Below, one piece after another: positions 59,341 through 64,000 of a DNA stretch of 64,000 bases (its first letter is position 1; the number at the start of each line of letters is the position of its first letter). Source of the DNA: an uncultured Chloroflexia bacterium (GTDB lineage Bacteria; Chloroflexota; Limnocylindria; Limnocylindrales; CSP1-4); assembly GCA_963837215.1 (NCBI GenBank), contig CAWIML010000007.1, positions 459,284 to 523,283 on the forward strand, read 5' to 3'. The notes below the pieces were generated by a model. It was not told where the DNA came from and searched no databases. It was given only the letters and a program-made list of their open reading frames with translations. Made by a program: the position numbers and the translations under genes.

Positions 59341-59793
59341 ATGAGCCGGGAAGTCGAGGATCTGAACCGGCGCCTGCTGCGCGCCCGCGACGCCATGGAC
59401 CGCGCCTACGCCGAGCCGCTCGACGTCCGCGCCGTGGCCGCGGTGGCCCATATCTCCGAGGCGCACTTCATCCGCAGCTTCGGCGCGGTCTTCGGGGAGA
59501 CGCCGCACCGGTACCTGCAGCGGCGGCGTGTAGAGCGCTCGATGTTCCTGCTGCGCGAGACCGACCGCAGCGTCACGGACATCTGCCTCGATGTCGGCTT
59601 CACCAGCCTGGGGACCTTCAGCCGCACGTTCCGCGAGATCGTCGGCGAGACGCCGTCGGGCTACCGCCTTGGGCATGGGCCGATCGTGGCGCCTCACTGC
59701 GTCCAGCTGGCGGCCATGCGGCCGCGGGTCGCGGCGAAGGTCGCGATGCAATCGAGCAGTTTTGGAGAAGCCGCGGGTGCAGCAGCGCCCTAG
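59341..59793 (+). CDS. AraC-family transcriptional regulator (HTH domain only)
   Basis: LDVRAVAAVAHISEAHFIRSFGAVFGETPHRYLQRRRVERSMFLL...VTDICLDVGFTSLGTFSRTFREIVGETPSGY. TAGCGT at 59329-59334 lies 6 nt upstream of the ATG. Confidence 0.8.
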   Translation: MSREVEDLNRRLLRARDAMDRAYAEPLDVRAVAAVAHISEAHFIRSFGAVFGETPHRYLQRRRVERSMFLLRETDRSVTDICLDVGFTSLGTFSRTFREIVGETPSGYRLGHGPIVAPHCVQLAAMRPRVAAKVAMQSSSFGEAAGAAAP

Positions 59794-59835
59794 GATCAGG
59801 ACGGACCCGATGAACTCGCAACAGTGAGGATCGCC

Positions 59836-60267
59836 ATGATCAACAGGCTGAACGTCGCCTCCATCTATGTCCTCGACAAGGAGGAGGCGCTCGACTTCTA
59901 CGTCAACAAGCTCGGACTCGAAGTGGGCAATGACGTCCGGCAGGGTGACTACCGCTGGCTGACGGTGCGCGTTCCCGGCAACCCGGAGACCGAGGTCTCT
60001 CTGGAGCAGCCCGGCCCGCCGCTCCACGACGAAGGGACCGCTGCACAGCTCCGCGAGCTGATCACCAAGGGCGCCCTCGGCGGGCTCGTCTTCATCACGG
60101 ACGATGCCCGGGGCCTGTATGAGACCCTCAAGGCACGCGGCGTCACCGACTTCACCCAGGAGCCCACCGAGCACTTCTATGGCACCGACATGGGCCTGCG
60201 CGATCCCTTCGGCAACCCCATCCGGATCCTGCAGCAGGGAAAGGTCGCCCAGGAGGCGACGGCCTGA
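59836..60267 (+). CDS. VOC-family (glyoxalase/bleomycin-resistance fold) protein
   Basis: LNVASIYVLDKEEALDFYVNKLGLEV...FYGTDMGLRDPFGNPIRI. GAGGA lies 5 nt upstream of ATG 59836 (track start is GTG 59824). Confidence 0.8.
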   Translation: MINRLNVASIYVLDKEEALDFYVNKLGLEVGNDVRQGDYRWLTVRVPGNPETEVSLEQPGPPLHDEGTAAQLRELITKGALGGLVFITDDARGLYETLKARGVTDFTQEPTEHFYGTDMGLRDPFGNPIRILQQGKVAQEATA

Positions 60268-60302
60268 TCGGTCCGGCCTAGCTTCCAGCTCCCGGGCGCA
60301 GG

Positions 60303-60327
60303 TAGCTCCTAGGAGATAGCTCCTAGG
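60303..60327. repeat. Direct repeat TAGCTCCTAGG-aga-TAGCTCCTAGG containing the 10-bp palindrome CTCCTAGGAG
   Basis: Lies in the convergent spacer between the VOC gene (stop 60267) and GH18 (stop 60323-60325). The second copy overlaps the GH18 stop codon. Confidence 0.7.
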
Positions 60328-61589
60328 GCGCCGGCAGCTCGTCGCGCCGGAATTGGTCGATGAGCTTCTGGTAGCCCGGCAGCCCCCGCTCGAAGCCGAT
60401 GGCCCAGAACCCGACGCCGGCCAGACCGCGATCGTTGGCCAAGCGTAGCTTCGGCGTCAGGGTCTCCGGCGAGTCGACGTAGATGGCGCGCCAGGCGCCA
60501 GTGCTCGCGCCGGCGTTGGGATCGGCCGAAGCGGCGAGGTCGTTGGTCGGCGCAGGCTCGACGCCTTTGGTCGGTACGACGTACACGTCCACGACCTCGA
60601 TCTCATCGCGCAGCGGTTCCACTGGCGGCTTGCGCAGGAAGCCGCGGTTGCTCGATGGCACCCAGGCCTCGCCCCGGCCCGTGCGTGGCGCCCCGATATC
60701 CGGCCCGCTGACCGGCCAAACCATGCCGTAGAACGGCAACCCGAGCAGCGTCCGCTCGACGGGCACGCCCAGGGCTTCGTATCGGTCGAGCGACCAGGCG
60801 AGGTCCTTCTCGTCGCCGTCGCGACGCTCCAACGGCGCCGAGGCACCCGGGGCGGAGCCGGACCAGTGGTAGTCGTAGCCCATCAGGAAGATGCGATCCG
60901 CCCCTGCCGCCGCTGCAGCCGCCGCCATCTCGGAGCCGATGACGTTGGCGCCGGTGGCCACCGAGACCTGCCCGTCGGGGATGGCCTCACGCAGCCGATC
61001 GCGCAATCTGCGGACGAAGGCGCCGTAGGACGGGACCAGGGATCGGTCGAGCGTCTCGACGTCCACGTTGATGCCGTCGAACTTCCGCTCGACGGCGAAG
61101 TCGACGAGGGCGTCGATGGCCGAGTCCTGGGTCTCGATCGGCCCGCCGAAGAGCCGCTCGTTACGCTGTGCGCCGAAGCTGCTGAAGACCACCTCGACGC
61201 GCACTCCACGGTCGCGAGCCTCGCGCACGAGGCCCTTGCCGACGGTATCGACGATGCGTGCGTAGCCGCGACTCGATGTGTTGAGCGTGCCGTTGCGCCG
61301 GATGGTGACCGAGAAGAGGGCGATGGTCGAGAGATCGGTGCCCGCAACGTGCTTCGCGATCCCCGCATCCATCTCCCAGTACGGGATGTACCCGTAGACC
61401 TCGTGACCGGGGATGGGTCGCGCGGTCGGCCGCGGGGAGGCCGTCGGATCCGCCTTCGGTCTGCGAGCCCGTTGGACGGCCGCCGGAGGCGTCGCCACCC
61501 GGGGTGCCGAGGGCGCCGACCGCCAGGGCACTGACGATGACGACCACCCCGGCGATGGCCGCGAGCACGAGCCATGGCTTGTGGCGCAT
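60323..61589 (-). pseudogene. Membrane-anchored GH18-family glycoside hydrolase; frame interrupted as assembled
   Basis: N part MRHKPWLVLAAIAGVVVIVSALAVGA (frame of ORF 61161..61754, ATG 61589). The catalytic part is ORF 60323..61624 (GYIPYWEMD...FDGINVDVE...MGYDYHW...LPFYG). The junction lies somewhere in 61400-61500. Confidence 0.8.
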
Positions 61590-61841
61590 GCTGGAAGCGT
61601 GGCCGCCGCCCGGGAATCGGTCAAACGCCCCTGCCTCGCCCCTCACCTCGTCCGGGACGGACGGTCCCGGTTTCAGGCGTGATTCAGATGAGAGCGCGAA
61701 CATGGCCGTCGTGATCACGATCCGGATGGCGGTCTCCTCCCCGTCGTCCACCACCGCCGTCGCCGAGCCATCCGCCCCCTTGGGTGGCTCAGGCGACCGG
61801 CGAGCCCGCTCGGACCGGCGCGCTCAGCACCGGACCTGACG

Positions 61842-62510
61842 ATGCACCTGCTGGTCATCGAGGACGACCCCCGCCTCCTGCGCCTGCTCCGCCGCCTCCT
61901 CGGCCAGGACGGCCACATCGTCGAAGGCGCACCCACGGCGAGCGAGGGCCTGGAGATCGCCGAAGACCTGGACCTCGATGCCGTCGTCCTCGACGTCGGC
62001 CTCCCGGATGTCGACGGCTTCGAGGTCGCCCGCCGGCTGCGCAAACGCGGCGCCACGATGCCCATCCTGATGCTCACCGCTCGTGACGCCGTCGCCTCCC
62101 GTGTGCAGGGCCTCGACGCAGGCGCCGACGACTACCTCGTCAAGCCATTCGCTTACGAGGAGCTGGCCGCCCGACTCCGGGCGCTCAGTCGCCGACCGAG
62201 CCCACGCCCGACGGCAGACCTGCAGGCCGGCCCGATCGTGCTGCAGGAGGCCGCCCACCGCGTGACGGTCGAGGGGCGGGACGTCGTCCTCGGCCCGCGC
62301 GAGTTCGCCGTCCTGGAGTGCCTGCTGCGGCGGCCGGGTCAGGTCCTTTCTCGGGATCAGCTGCTCGACCACGCCTGGCCCTACGGCGCCGCGCTGACGC
62401 AGAACACGGTCGAGGCCTACATCCACATCCTGCGCGAGAAGCTGGGCCCTGTCGGCGCGGCCTGGGTCGAGACCGTCAGAGGCGTCGGCTACCGAATCCG
62501 TCCGGCGTGA
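61842..62510 (+). CDS. OmpR-family response regulator
   Basis: Receiver (LLVIEDDPRL...VVLDVGLPDVDG...LMLTARD...DDYLVKPF) and winged helix (LGPREFAVLECLL...VETVRGVGYRI). Confidence 0.9.
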   Translation: MHLLVIEDDPRLLRLLRRLLGQDGHIVEGAPTASEGLEIAEDLDLDAVVLDVGLPDVDGFEVARRLRKRGATMPILMLTARDAVASRVQGLDAGADDYLVKPFAYEELAARLRALSRRPSPRPTADLQAGPIVLQEAAHRVTVEGRDVVLGPREFAVLECLLRRPGQVLSRDQLLDHAWPYGAALTQNTVEAYIHILREKLGPVGAAWVETVRGVGYRIRPA

Positions 62511-63859
62511 ACGGCGACGTGTCCGGCGTCTCCGGTTCGCCCGCGACCGCCGAGAGCGCGCTCCTCCGACGCACACGGCTCAGGCTCATGCTCTGGAGCG
62601 GTGGCCTGACGCTGGTCGTCCTGGTCATCCTCGGCGGCGCCGTGTACCTGACTGTCAGCCGCGCGTTGGCAGCCGGCGGCGAGGCGGTCCTGCGGGACCG
62701 CGCCGGCGATGTCGCCCGCTTCGTCTCCGGCCCGGGCCCTGGCCAACGGCCGGGGCGCTCACCCATCGGCGTCTCCTTCGGCGGCCGAGGCTCCGGCACC
62801 CTCGCCATCGTCGTCCAGCCGGACGGCACCGTCCTCGGTGTCGACACCGAGAGCGAGCTCGAGGGCATCCCCGACGAGTCGGGCATCGCCGCCGCGCGCG
62901 AGGGCGTGGTCGATGTACGAACAGCCCAGCTGGGGGAGATCCCCGTACGCATCCTGTCGCGGGCCGTGCGACGCGGTGACGGCACGTACGTCGTCCAGAT
63001 CGTCGGGGAGCGCCTCTCCGAACAGCGTTTGCTCGACGCGTTGACGACGGCCCTCATGGTCGGCGGCCTGACCGCCTTGCTCCTGGCATGTGGTGTCGGT
63101 TACGTCTACGCGGGCCGCGCGCTGGTCCCCATCCGGGACGCGATGGGACGCCGCGACGAGGCGCTCCGCCGGCAGCGCGAGTTCACGGCCAACGCCAGCC
63201 ACGAGCTGCGAACCCCGCTGAGCGTCATCCGCGGCAGCGTGGACGACCTGCGGCGGAACCAGGCAGAGCGGGTGGCCGACGTGGGGGATGCCCTCGACGA
63301 CATCGAGGTCGAGGTCAGCCACGTGACGGCGCTGGTCGACGACCTCCTGCTGCTGGCTCGCACCGACGCGGGTGCCCTCGAGCTGCACCTCGAGCCCATC
63401 GACCTGGCCGACGTCGCAGTCGAGGGCGCCGGGGCGCTGACGGCCATGGCCGCCGAGCGAACGGTCGGCATCGTCGTCGATCCTCGTCCCTCGCCGATGT
63501 CGGGCGACGCGCTGCGCATCCGCCAGCTGGTCACCATCCTCATCGACAACGCCGTCCGCCACAGCCCAGCCACGGGCACCGTGCTGGTCACCATCCGGCC
63601 CGAGGCCGGTCAGGCCACGCTGACCGTGGACGATGCCGGGCCAGGGATCCGGTCGGAAGATCGCCTCCTCGTCTTCGAACGGTTCTGGCGCGCAGACGAC
63701 GCTCCGCAGGGCGGCACCGGCCTTGGCCTCGCCATCGCCGCCTGGATCGTCGAGCGCCACGGCGGCACCATCGAGGCGCTCGACGCGCCCGGCGGAGGCG
63801 CGCGCTTCTGCGCCCGGCTGCCCACGCTGGCGGCCGACGCGCCGGCAGGCAGCACCTGA
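62507..63859 (+). CDS. Sensor histidine kinase (two TM, HisKA + HATPase_c)
   Basis: GTG 62507 overlaps the response regulator stop (GTGA). H-box FTANASHELRTPLSVI, N box LIDNAVRHS, G boxes DDAGPGI and GTGLGLAI. Confidence 0.9.
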   Translation: MNGDVSGVSGSPATAESALLRRTRLRLMLWSGGLTLVVLVILGGAVYLTVSRALAAGGEAVLRDRAGDVARFVSGPGPGQRPGRSPIGVSFGGRGSGTLAIVVQPDGTVLGVDTESELEGIPDESGIAAAREGVVDVRTAQLGEIPVRILSRAVRRGDGTYVVQIVGERLSEQRLLDALTTALMVGGLTALLLACGVGYVYAGRALVPIRDAMGRRDEALRRQREFTANASHELRTPLSVIRGSVDDLRRNQAERVADVGDALDDIEVEVSHVTALVDDLLLLARTDAGALELHLEPIDLADVAVEGAGALTAMAAERTVGIVVDPRPSPMSGDALRIRQLVTILIDNAVRHSPATGTVLVTIRPEAGQATLTVDDAGPGIRSEDRLLVFERFWRADDAPQGGTGLGLAIAAWIVERHGGTIEALDAPGGGARFCARLPTLAADAPAGST

Positions 63860-63868
63860 CGGGCTCCG

Positions 63869-64000
63869 TCAGCCGGCCCGGTAGACCACTTCGACCTCGA
63901 CCCGTACCTCGTTGGCGCCCACCTCGATGGGCGACGGTGCGGCCTCCGCGACGGCCATCATGCGGGCGGCTCTGGGGATCGGGATCGGGCGCCCATCGCC
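63869..64000 (-). CDS. 3' end of an unidentified CDS (starts beyond the window)
   Basis: Hand translation of the minus strand is open from the window edge to TGA (63871-63869): ...MMAVAEAAPSPIEVGANEVRVEVEVVYRAG*. Too short to identify. Confidence 0.3.
   Translation of the reverse strand, partial: GDGRPIPIPRAARMMAVAEAAPSPIEVGANEVRVEVEVVYRAG

Noticed and set aside
756-61589. Programmed +1 ribosomal frameshifting or transcriptional slippage as the explanation for the frame breaks.
   Set aside because: The junctions I could localise share no slippery motif, poly-A/T tract or stop-codon context. Several genes would need three to six consecutive events. Some junctions look like G-run length errors. 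A technical origin is far more economical, but see the finding on frame breaks for how to test it.
59147-61700. Integrative element at tRNA-Pro.
   Set aside because: No integrase, excisionase or phage-like gene follows the tRNA. I saw no repeat of the tRNA 3' end downstream. The neighbours (AraC, VOC, GH18) have the same composition as the rest of the window.
61702-61839. 45-aa ORF (MAVVITIRMAVSSPSS...) ending 2 nt before the response regulator start.
   Set aside because: No RBS or promoter geometry supports it. The composition is low-complexity. It overlaps the upstream region of the divergent GH18 gene.

Overview
High-GC (about 70% by eye) chromosomal segment from a monoderm-type bacterium. 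The lineage looks like Actinomycetota or Chloroflexota (guaB3, rph-rdgB, mreBC, DarA, many leaderless-type starts) but cannot be resolved from sequence alone. I support about 55 protein genes and one tRNA-Pro(TGG). I saw no rRNA, CRISPR array, transposase, integrase or obvious phage or defence cassette.

Layout:
- 0-11.6 kb: housekeeping and signalling genes. These are TPR, an RcnA-like metal exporter, tmk, an ECF sigma/anti-sigma pair, GAF-GGDEF, darA, Nudix, guaB3, a membrane class III cyclase and guaA.
- 11.6-16.5 kb: an uncharacterised cluster of zinc-ribbon and membrane proteins ending in a CPBP protease.
- 16.7-19.8 kb: radC-mreB-mreC.
- 19.8-33.2 kb: a LysM protein, two large secreted enzymes sharing a FlgD-Ig-like tail, a PAS-cyclase, a TetR/cupin pair and a zinc-ribbon/cyclase/STAND-ATPase/TPR giant.
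- 33.3-53 kb: an ABC-transporter-dependent, rhamnose-type cell-surface glycan locus. It contains rmlABDC, Wzm/Wzt, a sugar dehydrogenase and six or more glycosyltransferases, including a roughly 1060-aa three-module enzyme.
- 53-64 kb: a parvulin PPIase, mazG-rph-rdgB, a methyltransferase, DinB, tRNA-Pro, AraC/VOC, a GH18 and an OmpR/HK pair.

The most striking sequence-level observation is about 28 reading-frame interruptions in 15 otherwise recognisable genes. Almost all need the same correction, removal of one base, on both strands. The likeliest cause is a systematic assembly or consensus insertion error. This must be resolved before any gene here is called a pseudogene.

All domain calls come from motif recognition by eye. 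No database search was run. Frameshift junction coordinates are approximate (about +/-30 nt).
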